From contig OZ251225.1 in assembly GCA_965240325.2 (NCBI GenBank), positions 3,224,001 through 3,288,000 of the forward strand: a stretch of 64,000 nucleotides of DNA, written 5' to 3'. Positions within the stretch are counted from its first letter, which is position 1; every line of letters starts with the position of its first letter. The stretch comes from Rebecca billardiae RCC1528. Its lineage: Eukaryota > Protista > Haptophyta. Below are positions 22,057-34,824 of the stretch, piece by piece. Both the position numbers and the translations under genes were made by a program. The notes beneath the pieces are model-generated. The model was not told where the DNA came from and made no database searches. It saw only the letters and a program-made list of their open reading frames with translations.

Positions 22057-22739
22057 TTTGAGTTGGGACCGGGTCCGGCGGGACCGCTTTCTGGCTGACG
22101 CCGGGACGACTGAGGAGTGCTGAGGGCATGCGCCGATATGATGCTGCGGGCCTCACCCGTCGGTTACGCAGGCAGCAGTGACTAGTGCACTGCCCTGCCG
22201 CCACCGCCGAGAGCACTCGTCAACGACAGCACTGATTCACTCAGACTGAGGCTGAAGGCCGGCCGCATTAAGGCTACTTAGACTCGCGGTACTGAGCCGC
22301 TGACTGACTAATCGATCATCACTATCAACCGCTCGGAGCTAATCACGGACAGAATGCTGTCATCAAATGGCTTTTTGGCAGAATATCACATATAGCTTGA
22401 GAGCCCCGGAGCCGGGGCTTCGGACACCAAAGAGATCAGCGGCGGAGGGCGCTGAGGCCGCGCACGGCGTGAGGCGCGGCGTCGGCCGAGTCGGTCCGCG
22501 GAGGATGTGCGGCGCTCGGCCCGCTGCGCAGCGGCAGTGCGCCTCACTTTGCCCCGAGCGCCGTCCTCAGTGTCGCCTCCTTCCCGCCTTGGAGCAGTCG
22601 CACGCATGACCATGTGCCTGTGCCTGTGGCTGTGGCTGTGCCGGCGCCCGGGCCGCGGGCGGCGCCGCCCCGGGCCGAGTAAGATAGTACTAGCAGTAGC
22701 AGTACGTACGTCGTTTATCTACATCACGCTCTCGACTCT

Positions 22740-22776
<37 letters not shown>

Positions 22777-22837
22777 TCTAGCTCTCTCCGTCTCTCTCTC
22801 CAGGGAGCAGGGGGGGCGTGCGCCTTCATGTAGTTCA

Positions 22838-24448
22838 TTATCCGCCCGGCGCGCCGGGCATCGTCGCCCCGCCGCACAGGGTAAGGCGCTGCCCTTGGCC
22901 ATGGCCGCCAGGGGCACGGTAGCGACGGCTGTCATGTGCACCGCTTTGGGCGGGGGCGCACACCGTGCGGTTGGTCGCCCATGCGAGGCTCTGGTCGCAC
23001 ATGGGCACGACGGTGGTTGCGCCATCGGCGGGTATGGCGCTGGCGGCGTGCGTGAGGGGCAAACAGCGGCCTGGGCACAGGGGGCAGCGCTGGCGCAGCT
23101 CGAATCCCTGCGGATCAGCGGGGTAGCGCACGGTGCACTTGCCCTCGTCGAACTGCGCGCCCCCCAGCTCGTTCTCGCGCAGCGTGCGCGCAAACGGCCA
23201 CGGCAGGAAAACGAAGACATCCTCGCAGTAGGCTTGTGCGACCAGCTGGCCGATCGTCGTGCCCGGGCAAGCGAGCAGGATGTTGACCGCAAAGGGCAGC
23301 GGACGTTGCGCGTGCTGCGTGCGCGCCGCCGGCCCATCAACGATGCGCATGCGCAGCGCGTGCAGCAGGCCACCGCCCTCGCCCTGCCCAAGCAACGTTG
23401 GCGGTATGGCCACCATCGGCGACAGGCGCATGTTTGGATCGACGAGGAACGCCCGGCCCTTCCGGTCGACGCGCACGTCGATCTGCCCGACGCCCGTAAA
23501 ACCCATGGCGCGCACCAGCTCAGCAAAATGGCGCTCGGCCTCGGGCAGGTTGACCGTCCTGAAGAGGATACCGGCGCCGATCTGGCCCGAGCCGGCAATC
23601 GTCACGTAGCTGTACCCGCCGAGCACCTCGCCGTCAACCGCGACCGCGACGTAGTCGGCCTGCGCCCCCGCCACAAACTCCTCAAGGCGGAGCGCACGCC
23701 CCGCGCTGGCGGCCGCGGTGATGCTTGCGTTGAGGTCGGCGCGCGTGCGGCAGATGTGAACCCCGCTGCTCTGGCCGTCGGCATTCGTCTTGGTCACGAG
23801 CGGCAGTTGCAGCGCCAGCCGGTCCAGCTCCGCAGCGTCCATCGCGCGCGACTGTTTTGGGGTGAGATGCGTGGCGCGCGGGGGCTTCGCCGTGCCGAGC
23901 AAGCTCGCCAGGTTGAGCACGCTCAGCTTGCTCGAGTAGTTCTTCCAGTGCGCCGTGTGGCGCGGAAGCGAGCAGCGCAAGGTATGATACACGTGCGCAA
24001 CGGCAGCCGAAGCGTGCGCACGTGGAGCCAGCTTCATGGCGGTGTGCACCATCACCATCGCCGTCGCGCGATAGTCAGGGAGAACAAGCGATGGGCTCCA
24101 CTCCCGGATCGATGTGATGAGCGCACTGACGAGGTCAGGACCCCGCCTCGAGCGCGCGAGGCGAAAGTAGCGGATGAGCGCAGGGTCGCCCGCCGTCCAC
24201 GGCGTGCAGTGCGGCGTGCCGCAGATCGACGCATTGTCTGCCGAGGCGTACTGCAGCACGCCCACCTCCCAGCCCGCATCGCTGAGCCCCGTGAGCATGT
24301 GCGGCAAGAAGCGTATGTTGGAAAGGGCAAAGACGAGGACCCGTGAGCCAGCTGCTCGTCGCACGTCTTGGCAGTCGTAGCCTGCATCGCCGTAGGCCGC
24401 CGCCAAGCACGTGAGGGCGCCAGCCACCCAGGCCCATCGACGGGACAT
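22838..24448 (-). CDS. ATP-grasp domain protein with signal peptide
   Basis: LPLVTKTNADGQSSGVHIC, LEEFVAG, FTGVGQIDV, FLVDPNMRL; signal MSRRWAWVAGALTCLAAA. Confidence 0.75.
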   Translation of the reverse strand: MSRRWAWVAGALTCLAAAYGDAGYDCQDVRRAAGSRVLVFALSNIRFLPHMLTGLSDAGWEVGVLQYASADNASICGTPHCTPWTAGDPALIRYFRLARSRRGPDLVSALITSIREWSPSLVLPDYRATAMVMVHTAMKLAPRAHASAAVAHVYHTLRCSLPRHTAHWKNYSSKLSVLNLASLLGTAKPPRATHLTPKQSRAMDAAELDRLALQLPLVTKTNADGQSSGVHICRTRADLNASITAAASAGRALRLEEFVAGAQADYVAVAVDGEVLGGYSYVTIAGSGQIGAGILFRTVNLPEAERHFAELVRAMGFTGVGQIDVRVDRKGRAFLVDPNMRLSPMVAIPPTLLGQGEGGGLLHALRMRIVDGPAARTQHAQRPLPFAVNILLACPGTTIGQLVAQAYCEDVFVFLPWPFARTLRENELGGAQFDEGKCTVRYPADPQGFELRQRCPLCPGRCLPLTHAASAIPADGATTVVPMCDQSLAWATNRTVCAPAQSGAHDSRRYRAPGGHGQGQRLTLCGGATMPGAPGG

Positions 24449-24486
24449 CAACGTGACATCGAAGCAAGGACACGAGTGTTTTGACG

Positions 24487-27400
24487 ATGGCGGCCGCATC
24501 AGGCTGGGATGTGATCGTCATTGTGTGCCCGCCCGGCCAGGGTCGCGCGTTCGAGGAGGCCCTGCTCACGCGCCGGATGGCCTCGCTCGGCGGGCGGCTC
24601 GTCGTCACCGCCGTCGAGCCCGCCGCGGAGCCGAGCGGCAGCGGCAGCGGCTGCGTGCACGGCCTGTATGCCGCGGCGGAGAGCCTGTCCGCGCAGGCCG
24701 GCTTTGGCGCGCTCGCCGCGGAGGTGTTCGACGGCAGCGCGCGCGTGCTCGTGCTCGATGCGAGCGCGCGCTCGCGCCCGCATCCATGCTGGCCCGCGGC
24801 GCTGCTGCCGTGCACGCCGGACGGCAGCGACGCGCTCGACTGCGCCCTCGCTGCGGTCGGCCAGATGTGCGCGCGGCCGCCGCCCGGCGCGCTGATGCTC
24901 GCAGTCGACGAGGTGCTGGCGATGGGCGAGCTCGCTCCGGTGCAGTGGGACACGACTGGCGCCGTCGACGTGACCCTGCTCGCTCTCGCGCACAAGGACG
25001 CCCTCGCGCGCTCCACGGCGCCCGAGGGCGCGGACCGCGGCAGCGGCGGGGCGGCGGCGGCGCGGATGTGGGCAACGGTGGCGCTGGGCGAGGGCCTGGC
25101 GTCGGGCGCGCTCGCCGCGGTGCACGAGCTGCACCACGGCCTCGGCGCCGCGAGCGCCGCCGCGCCCGCCGCCGCCGCGCCCTTCCCGCTCGCGTGCGGC
25201 GCGCACCTCTCGCCGCGCGTGTGCGCCGCCCTCGCAGCTCTGCTCGACGCGCCTCCGGTGGGCGCGGCGTGTGCGCGCGCGGCGGACGGCGGCGGCGCGC
25301 CGATCCGGCTGCGGCTGCTGCAGGACGTGCTCGCGCCGCTGCACGGCGTGGGCGTGCGCGCGCGCGCGCTGCGGCACGGCGCGCACCCGGACGAGCACGG
25401 CGGCTGGCTCGAGGCGGCCGAGGCGATGAGCGGCCGCGCGGCCACGGCGGAGGTCGCGGCGCTTCGCGCGCTCGAGCGCGCGTTCGTACCGGCGGAGGAC
25501 TCGCCGCCGCCCGTCGTGGTGGCCGCGCTCGTGCACGCGACGTCGACGCGGCTGGCCGCCGCCGATGCGCGCGCGTACCTCGAGCTCTTGCGAGCCGCGC
25601 CCGCGCACACCGACCTCGCCGCCGAGCCAGCGCCGTCGGCGCCACGCGCGCACGCGAGCGGCGCGCGTGTCGGCGGCGCGGGCGGCGGCGGCGCCTCGGC
25701 TGCGTCTGCCGGCGCCACCCCGCCGCGCGGAGGCGACGGAGCGCAGCTCGCGCCGCCGCCGTGCGTGCTCGTCAGCTCGCAGCTGGACGGCCCGCTGCCC
25801 ACGGCCGCGCACGGCTCGGCGCTCGTCTGCTCCGCGCTCGCGCCGCCGTGCTTAGTGGGCGCGCACTGCCTCGCCCTCGGCCTGAGACCACCTGCCGCCG
25901 CGCCGCTACCGGCTGAGCCCGGGGCGCCCGCGCACGCCGGTGCGGCTGGGCCCGGCGCGCATGCGGGCGCATCCGGCGTGCGCGTGCCGGACGGCATCGC
26001 GCTCTTCGAGGTCGCCCTGGACCGCGCGGCTGTCGCCGCGCTGCTGGCGGCGCGCGCGGCCGAGGCGCGCGACGCGAGCGCGGCCGGTAGCGGCGCCGCC
26101 GGCGCGGCCGACGCCGCCGCGGCCCACGCAGCAGTACCCCTCGGCGGGGGCTGGCGCGTGCGCGTCTTCCACGGCATCGACGACAGCCTCGACGCGCCGG
26201 CGCGCCTCCCCGGAGCCGAGCTGGGCGCCGCACCGGACCCCGCCGCCCCACCGGACTCCTTCTGCGCCGTGCCGTGGGCCGAGTGGCTCGCGCGCACCGG
26301 CGCGCAAGCCCAGAGCCTGTGGCCGAAGCGGGCGGGCGGGGCGGCGCGCACGCTGCGCTCCGCGCGGCTGTTTCCGCTCGTCTTCGCGCCGGACGAGACC
26401 GCGCCGCCGCCGCCGGCCGAGTCGGTGCGCGCGCTCAGCGCGCCGCCGACGCGCGAGCGCGCGCGCGCGCTGCTGCTGTGCGCGTGTGCGGACGTCGGCG
26501 CGAGGCCGTCCGACCGGCTCGCGGCCGCGGCGCTGCAGAGTCTACGGCACGACTCGGCCGCGGCCTGGGCGAGTGCGGCCGCGCGCGCCGCGCCGGCCGC
26601 CGGCCCGACGGCGGCACTCGGCGGCGCGACGGCGGGAGGCGGCGATGCGTCGGCGCTGCTGGCGGCGCGCGCGGCCAGCGCGGGGCACGCTGCGGCCGCC
26701 TCCCTTGCCAGCTGGGCGATGGATGCGCGCCGCGCGCCCGACACAGACCTGGCTCCGCCGAGCAATCCGAGCGCGGCGGCGTGCGGTGGCGCCGCCGCGG
26801 CGCAGCCGGGGCTGGCGGTGTGGAGCGCGGGTGTGGACACGAGCGCGGGGGCGGGGTGGGCGGGCGCCGTGCGCTTGTCCCTCGCCGAGGTGGCCGCGGC
26901 CGTCGACCTGCCTGCCGAGCTGGGCTGGCGCGCACACATCACGCTGCGCACAGACTTGTGCGCTCTCGCGCGCGCGTGTCGGCTCGGAAGCCGCGGCGCG
27001 CCGGACGGCGCGGCGGCGGGCGCGGCGGGCGCGGGGGCCGCGGGCGGCGGCGCGGCGCCGCCCGTCTTCGCGCCGCTCCGCCGCATCGTGGGCCACTCCG
27101 CCGCCGGCGCCGCCGCAGCGCTCGCGCTGCTCGACGCGCACGCCACCACCTGCGCCGCATCGGAGCTGGGCCGCACGCTCGCCGCCATCGCCGATTCGCT
27201 CGGGTTGCTCGCGGGCGGTGCGGCCGGCCCGCGCTCGGCTGAGGCGCGGCATCGCGAGTGGGCGGCGCCGACGGCCGAGCTGGCGCGTGCCGTGCGCGCG
27301 GAGGCCGCGGCGGGCGGCGGCGGCGCAGACGACGCCGTGCCGCGCCTCGCGCGCGCGCGCGCCGCGCGCGCGCGCGCTCTCGACGCCCTCAGGGCATTGC

Positions 27401-29075
27401 GCGAGCGCGCGGCGCGCTCGGGCGCGCGCACCGACGTGCTGCGTGCCGCGCGGCAGTACGATGGCGCGGTGGGCGCGCTGACGGAGGGCGCGGTGCTCGG
27501 CGTGCGCGTGAGCCCGCAGCGCGCGCCGCCGCCGCCCGGCGCGCACTGGGCCACCGCGCGCGCGCCCGCGCGCGTCGACCTCGCGGGCGGCTGGTCTGAC
27601 ACGCCGCCCGTGTGCTGGGAGCGTGCGGGCGGCGGCGCGGTCGTCAACGCGGCCGTGGCGCTGACGGAGGGGGCGCTGCCGATCTGCGCGCGCGCGCGGC
27701 GGATCGCCGAGCCCGTGCTCCTCTTCCTCCCGCCGTCGTGCGCGCTGGCAGACGCGCCGCCGCGCGCCGCCGACGTCTCGCGCCTGCTGAGCGGCGCGGC
27801 GCGCGGCAACGCGTCGGCCAGCCCGGAGCTCGGCGCGCCGCCGTGGCCAGGGGCGCACGGGCCGCCGCCGGCGCAGCCGCCGCTGCTCGTGGACTCGCTG
27901 GCTGGCCTCGCCGACATGGCGGACCCGCGCGCGCAGTACGCGCTGCTCAAGGCCGCGGTGGTGGCCGCCGGCGTGGTGCAGGTGGCGCGCGCCGACGGCG
28001 CGGAGGGCGAGGGCGCCGCGCCGTCGGGCGCGCCGCCGCCGCTGCGCGCGCAGCTTGAGCGCGAGGGTGGAGGGCTTCAGCTATGCGCGGCCGCGGACGT
28101 GCCGCTCGGCTCCGGCCTCGGCACCTCCTCGATCCTCGGCGCGGCGGCCATCGTGGCGGTCGGCGCGGCCACGGGCCGGCACTTTGCGCCGCACGAGCTC
28201 GTCATCGCCACCCTGCAGCTCGAGCAGCTGCTCGGCACGCGCGGCGGCTGGCAGGATCAGGTGAGTGAGCGAGCGAGCGGACGAGGGCGGGCGCGCGGGC
28301 GGCTGCCGTGCGCCGCAGAGCGCGCGGGCTGCGCGCCGCCCGCGCCCGCGCCCCCCAGCCGCGCCTCGAACGCCTCGGTCCGCGCGCGCGCCCGCCCGCG
28401 CCCCGCCCGCCGCCACCGTGCGCGCAGGTGGGCGGCATCTACCCGGGCGTGAAGCTCGGGCTCTGCGCCGCGGGCGCGCAGCCCGCCGTGAGCGCGCGCG
28501 TGCTGCAGCTCGCGCCAGCCGCGCGCGCGGCGCTCGACGCGCACCTCTGCGTCGCCTTCACCGGCCGCACGCGGCTCGCGCGCGGGCTGCTCGACGGCGT
28601 GCTCCGCGCGTGGCAGCGGCGCGACGGCTCCGTGCTCGCCCTCTTCGACGGGCTGGTCGGGGGCGCGCACGCGATGGCTCGCGCGCTCGAGGCCGCGGAC
28701 ATGGCGGCGGCGGGCGCTCTGCTCTCTGACTATTGGGCGCGCAAGCGCGCGCTCGCGCCCGGCGCCGAGCCCGCGGCGGTGAGCGCGATGCTCGCCGGCA
28801 TCGCGCCGCACGCGCACGGCGCGGCCCTCGCCGGCGCGGGCGGCGGCGGCTTCCTCCTCGCCATCAGCCGCGAGCCGCACCCGGCGCACGGCGCGCTCGG
28901 CGCGGTGCTGCGCGCGCACGGCGCTGAGGTGTATGCGGGCGCGCGCGTCGTGCACGGCCACGGGCTGCAGCTGTCGCACGAGCAGGCCGCGGAGGAGCAC
29001 TACCCCGCCGAGCGCGACGCGCTCGACGGAGGAGTCGACGTTGCCAGCGTCTCGCAGCTGGAGAGCTACTACTGA
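24487..29075 (+). CDS. L-fucose kinase (GHMP kinase, FCSK/FKGP-like); intron 28261-28427
   Basis: APARVDLAGGWSDTPP, PLGSGLGTSSIL, LEQLLGTRGGWQDQ|VGGIYPGVK, GAGGGGF; N-terminal WDVIVIVC and VRVFHGIDD. Confidence 0.88.
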
Positions 29076-29638
29076 CGATGGGCCGGCGCAGATGATTGCA
29101 GCGCTCGTCGGCCGAGCTGCCAGTTACAGTAGGTGAGTGAGCGTCAGCACAGCCTACAGTAAGGCTCATCAGCGCCACTCCGACGATCACGATGACTCTC
29201 GGCGGGGCGCCTAAACTGCGCACCGCCGTTTATTCATTCTAACATGCGCTGACGCGATGATGACGAGCGCAGGCCGCCGGGCCGCGCGTTTATATTGACG
29301 ATGATGATTTGATGCGCATATCAACTCAAGACGACTAGCTGCGCGGCGCCAGTGGCAGTAGTCACTGTCACTGAGTCACTGTAATCTGTATAGCCGCCTC
29401 GTCGTCAAGCATGGATCTGATCCGACGACGACGTACGTTTGACGCAGTGAGACATACGGCGAGTACGCCGACACCGTCACACCGCGGGCACAGATCCTAA
29501 CCGCTGACGGAGGCGGACGGCGGTACTGCTGATGGCCTGTGCCAGCCGAGCACACGCCTCGGGACGCGCGCGCGCGCACCGCCGCGGCGGCTCGGCTCCG
29601 CTCGAGCCGCGCAGCAGCGCGCCGCGCGGCCGCCGCCC

Positions 29639-32600
29639 TCAGCCGTACATGGAGAGCGCCGCCTCCGAGGCGGCGGGCGGCACCGCGGCCGGCTCGCCCA
29701 TCTGCACGTCCGCGCCGCCGACATGCGCATCGTCGCTGCGCCTGTCCTGGTCGATGTCGGCGGCGGCGGCGGCGGCGTCGGCCGCGTCCGCGCCGGCGTC
29801 GGCGTCGTCGTCGCCGGCGGCGAGCGCGCGGCCGAGCCAGCTCTGCGCGCCGACCGCGCCCGACGCGCCATGCGCGCCGCCGTTCAGCCCGCCGCTCCCA
29901 ACCCCCGCGCCGGCCGCGCCGTGCCCGCGCACCGCCTCGCGCCTCTGCACCACGTCCCGCCGCTCGTAGAAGAGAACGTACGCGGCGGCGGTCACGATCT
30001 CGTCCTCGCCCACCTTGCGCGCCGAGCCGTCGTCGAAAAGGTACCACTCGCCGTCCACGTGGTTCTTGGCGTAGGCGGTGTAGTGCCCGCCGTGCAGCGA
30101 GCCGAAGTGGTTGGTCACGGCGTACAGGTCGTAGACTGCACGCGCACACACGGGCGCACACGCGCACACACCGGCGCACACACGCACACACGGGCGCACA
30201 TCCGGCACGCGGCAGCGGGCCGCGGAGGGGCGGCGAGGCGCGACGGCAGGTGCGTCAGAGTGCTGCACGCCAGAGCGCGCCGCCCGCCCTCGCCGCACAC
30301 GCCGCCACGCCTGCCCTGCCGCCCCGGCAGCACAGCCCGCACGCCGCCGCGCGCGCGCTCGCGCGGCGCTCCGCACCGGGCGGCGCGTCTCCGGCCGCCG
30401 CGCGCTTGGCCTGGTGGCTGATCACGTACGGCGTCAGGTCGAGCCCGCGCGTGGGGAAGCGCACGAGCGCAGAGTTCTTGAGCCGTCCGGAGTGAAAGCG
30501 CTTGAGCATGATCACGAGCACCTGCGGCGTGGACCACAGCTCCATGCTGCGCACGCAGGGTGGCAGCGCGCGCGCGGGCGGGCGCGCGGGCGCGCGGTCG
30601 GCGCGCGCGTCGGCGCGGCAGCGCGCGCGCGTGCGCGGGGGGCCCCGCGAGGCGGGGGGCCGCGGCGTGGCGGCGGCGGCGCCACGCGCGCGCGCGTGCG
30701 CCCACCGCTTCACGGCGTCCACGTGCGTCTGGCACTTTGAGCAGTACCAGCGCTCGTCCCCTGTGAGCTGCTCGGGCGACGTGTGCAAGTCGAGGCACTC
30801 GGTGAGGTCGAGCGCCTTGCCGCCGCCGCCGCCCGCGCCGCGCGCGCTCTCGCGCGGGAACGCGGCGGGCAGCGCCTCCGACATGGCCGCGACGTGCGCG
30901 CCGAGCGCGGCGTACGCCGGATGGGAGGGCGCGGGCCACTCCACGTGCACCGCCAGACGCGCCGAGGCCGAGGGCAGCGCCTCGTGCAGCTCGAGCGAGC
31001 CCAGCTGCCGCCGCTGCGAGGGCAGGCCGTCGACCGCGCCGATCGTGAGCGTGGCCCCGCGCCAGAGGGCCGCGAGCGCGCGCGTGCGCTCGCCGAGCTC
31101 TGCGGTGCCCGGCGCGCGCTCGGACGCGGCGGCGGAGGCGTCCGCGTCCGCCGCGGCGGGCGCGCTGCCGTCCGCCGCGCTGCCCGAGCTCCGCGCCTGC
31201 CCGCCGCCGCTCGGCGTGCCTCGACCACTCACGTCCGCGTCCGCCGCGCGCCGCCGCCGCGCGCCCGCACGCTCGCCGCCGCCCGCCGCGCCGCCCGCCG
31301 CCGCGCCAGCCAGCTGCGTCACGAACAGCCGTCCGAGCTTGCGCTCGAGCTGCGCGCGCGTCGCGCCGTCCGGCAGCGTGAGGAGCAGCGGCGTGCCCGA
31401 CGCGCGCTCGGCCGGCGTGCTGAGCAGCTGGCCGCTGCCGAGCACGCCACCGCCCTCGACCATGGGCCTGCGCTGGTGCACGGCCGTCACAGCAAAGCCC
31501 TTGCCGCCGCTGCCGCCGCCGCCGCCGCCGCCGCTGTTGGCGGGCGCGCCGTGCACCGCGCGGTGCAGCGGCGCAGAGCCATACATGCTGCCCGCGGACG
31601 CGGAGTTGTCGACAAACTGCCGCGCGTCCTCCACCTGCGCCCGCACACGCACACGTGCGGACGCACGGACGGACGGAGCGCACGCACAGCGGGATATCGC
31701 ACGCACGCACGCACGCACACGCACACACGCGCGCACGCACGCACACGCACACACGCGCGCACGCACGCACGCACACGTGCACGCGTGGCGCCAAGTCAGC
31801 CGTCGGCCGCGCACGCGCGCGGTGGTGCGGCGGCGCGGCATTGCGGCGGCGCGCGCACCTCGTACGCGACGAGGATGTCGTCCGGCTGCACCGTACCGAT
31901 CGGGTCGGTCGGCAGGAACGTTTTGTACACTTTGGACTGGTGGATGGCCGTGCACGCGCGGAGTGCAGTGCACGCGCGGCGTGTGCACGCGCAGAGGCGG
32001 AGGGGCGGGGCGCCGCAGAGCGTCAGCCGTGTGTGTGTCAGCAGAGCCGCGCACACGGCCGGCCGAGCGCGCGCGCGCGCGCGCCGAGGGCGCGTGCCCA
32101 AGGGCGGCAGCACGGCGCTGGGTGCCAGCGCGCGCACGCCCCTCTGCCGCCCGCCGCGCGTGCGCCGCCCCGCGCGCCGCCCCGCACCTGGAAGATCTCG
32201 GTGAGCACCAGCCGCGCGGTGGGCGCCTCCCAGGGCATCGGGCGCGCGCCCTCGGCCGAGACGGTTCGGCAGCACGGCAGCTCCGCCGCCTTGGCCAGCG
32301 CCTCGAGCAGCTCGGCGGCGGAGGCGCCCTGCCTCAGCGTGAGTGTGTGCACGCTGCTGAGGCCGTCCGCGGCGCACGCGTCCGCGGCGATCGCGAGGAG
32401 CTCGGGCTCGCGCGGCAGCGCCGGCGTCGCGCTCGGCTCCGCCGCGGGCGCGCCGCCGCCCTCGCCGTCCGCCGCCGCCATCTCGCAGTCCGCCTGCTCC
32501 GCGAGCGCGGCGGCGGACTCGGCGAGGTCCGGGTCGAGCCCAGCCTCGCTCAGCCTGCGCTGCTCTTCGCCCGCGCCCGCGCCCGCGCGCACGAGCGTGA

Positions 32601-34006
32601 GCGTCACCTCCATCGTGCTGGTCGCGGCGGAGCGCACCTCGGGGTTGAGCAGCAGGTACGCATCGAACGTCGTGTTCGAGTGCCCGCACGCGGAGCACAC
32701 GAGGTGCGACTTGTACTGCCCGGCCATCAGGTCCTGCACAATCGACTGGTTGCGCAGCCGGTGCCCTGCAAGCTGCTCGGCAGCCACCGCCTCGTCCGGC
32801 CGCCCCGCGCTGTCCTTGATCTCGACGTACGGCTTCTTCGTCACACGGTTCAGGTCCTCGTCCAGCGTCTGCACGAGGAAGGACATGAGCTCCTGCGCGT
32901 CCTGCTGCCCGTACCTGCGGGGTGGGAGGGGCGGCGCACGGCGCACGGGCGGGAAGGGGCGTGGGCGCGCGTGTGCGTGCGTGCGCGCGTGCGTGCGCGC
33001 GTGTGCGCCGTGGCGCAGAGCGGGTGCGTGGGAGAGTGGGAGCGCGCGCGGGGCCGAGCGCGCAGGCGCCGCGCACCCGGCGAACTGCGAGGCGCACTGC
33101 GCCAGCGTCCACTTGAAGTCGCGCGGCGCGATGGCGAAAGGCGGCGCGTCTGCCCACATCTGGCGCATCAGCGCGGCAAACTCGGTGGCGACCTTGCCGC
33201 CCGAGCCGATCGGGTTGTCGACGTTGAGCTCCGACTTCCACGCGCCCGAGGTGAAGTACTTGTGCAGCTCGAACGTGTGCGCGAGGCACTGCGGCCGGCG
33301 CGCGCGGCGCGGAATGGGCGCGGGCACTCAGCGGCGGGCGCAGGCAGGCCGCACTGGGCGCGCGCGCGCGGGGGCGAGCGGCGGGAGGGCGCAGCGCGGG
33401 GCGCGGCGTGGGCGGCGTGCCGCACGTGCGCACTCCCGCCCCACCCCGGACCCGCGCGCGCTGCGCCCCCGCGCGCACCTGCAGCGACGCGTTCATATAG
33501 CACGTGTTACCCAGGTTGTTCAGGCCGACCACACCCTGCAGCGGGCAGCTCGGCGGCGGCGAGGTGGGCGCGCCGCCGCCGAGGAAGGAGCGGCCGAGGA
33601 TCGAGCCGCCGCCTGAGGACTGCCCGAACCCGTTGCCGTTCGCGCGCGCGAGCGCAGCCGCTCCAGCCGCCTGCGTCGCAGACACAGCGCCATCGCCGGG
33701 CTGCTCCGCAGCGCCGCCCGAGCCAACCGCCCAGTCGGCGGCGTTGGAGGCGGCCGTGTCCATCGGATCGGCGTTCGCATCCGCATCGTGCTCCTGGCCC
33801 GCGCGTCCAGTGGCGTCCTCGCCGTTCGCCGCGCTCTTGGCCGCGCCTGAGGCGCCGTTTGCGTCGCCAGCGCCCGGCGCAGCCGGGGGCACGAGCACCA
33901 GTGCCGTGGAGGCGGACAAGGAGATGGCGGTCTCGTCGGTGGAGCTGAGCGGCGACCGCGTGCCATCCGCGCGCGCGGCCGCCGTGTCTTCGTCCACACC
34001 CGTCAT
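29639..34006 (-). CDS. Ubiquitin-specific protease (peptidase C19, USP4/11/15-like), about 6 introns
   Basis: Cys box [32 protein letters not shown], His box [34 protein letters not shown]. Introns include 32915-33076, 30547-30705 and 30136-30376. Confidence 0.92.
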
Positions 34007-34230
34007 CACAATCGCGCCCTCTCACCCGCCGCTCGCTGCGGATGCGCGCGCTGATAGGAGGGGCACGGGACACGCTGGGGCCACACCCGCGATGTGAGCA
34101 AGCTTGAGCCGGATCGCGCAGAACCTGGCAATTTTCCAAGATTCGCGCATTTTTCCTGCGTCAGGTTTTTTTTCCCTTGACGTTACAGCGGCTCGACGAT
34201 TGACGTTTCGATCGAGGCGAGCTTGCGGCC

Positions 34231-34824
34231 ATGTCCGATAAGGCCGCGCTGCGCGGCCGATGGGGCGCGACTAACCACGACTTTGACTTCAGGAAGTACA
34301 ACACCTTCGCCGAGCAGATCGCAAAGGAGCAGGACGCGCAGATCCGCGCGGCGGAGCAGAATGAAGGCCGGGCAGCGCGCGACGGTGCGAACGCGTATGG
34401 GCACCAGTACACGACGGGAAACTACCAGTCGGCGTCTGGCGAGGCGAGGGACATCGACTGGGGCAAGCAGCGCGCCAAGCCACGGCCGGTGCCCATCACT
34501 GGCGTCCCTCGCCCGCGCTTCCATAACCGCGGCGGCGACGGCACGCGGCGACACTGGGACAGCACGCCCGAGCCGCTCGTCTCGACCGAGATTGGCGGCT
34601 GGTGGGGCAAGGAGATCTACACCGACATCGACTACGACGGGCTCAAGGACGCGGACGAGGCGGCAGGGATCGATAAAGTACGCGCCCACGCCCAGGGGCC
34701 CCAGATCGACGCTCGCGACCGGTCGGACGAGGCGCTGCTCCGCTCGATCAACGGCAGGCGCGACAACTTTGGCACCGACATGTACACTGTGGTCAACATC
34801 GAGAACACGGGCTACATGCTCTGA
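34231..34824 (+). CDS. Hypothetical 197-aa protein
   Basis: Clean ATG ORF with GC3-biased codons and normal amino-acid composition; divergent from the USP gene; no recognised domain. Confidence 0.7.
   Translation: MSDKAALRGRWGATNHDFDFRKYNTFAEQIAKEQDAQIRAAEQNEGRAARDGANAYGHQYTTGNYQSASGEARDIDWGKQRAKPRPVPITGVPRPRFHNRGGDGTRRHWDSTPEPLVSTEIGGWWGKEIYTDIDYDGLKDADEAAGIDKVRAHAQGPQIDARDRSDEALLRSINGRRDNFGTDMYTVVNIENTGYML

Noticed and set aside
16086-33948. Very long antisense ORFs (16086-19631, 24135-27950, 30502-33948; also 56530-58521)
   Set aside because: Arg/Ala/Gly-rich shadows of real genes caused by stop-codon scarcity at very high GC.
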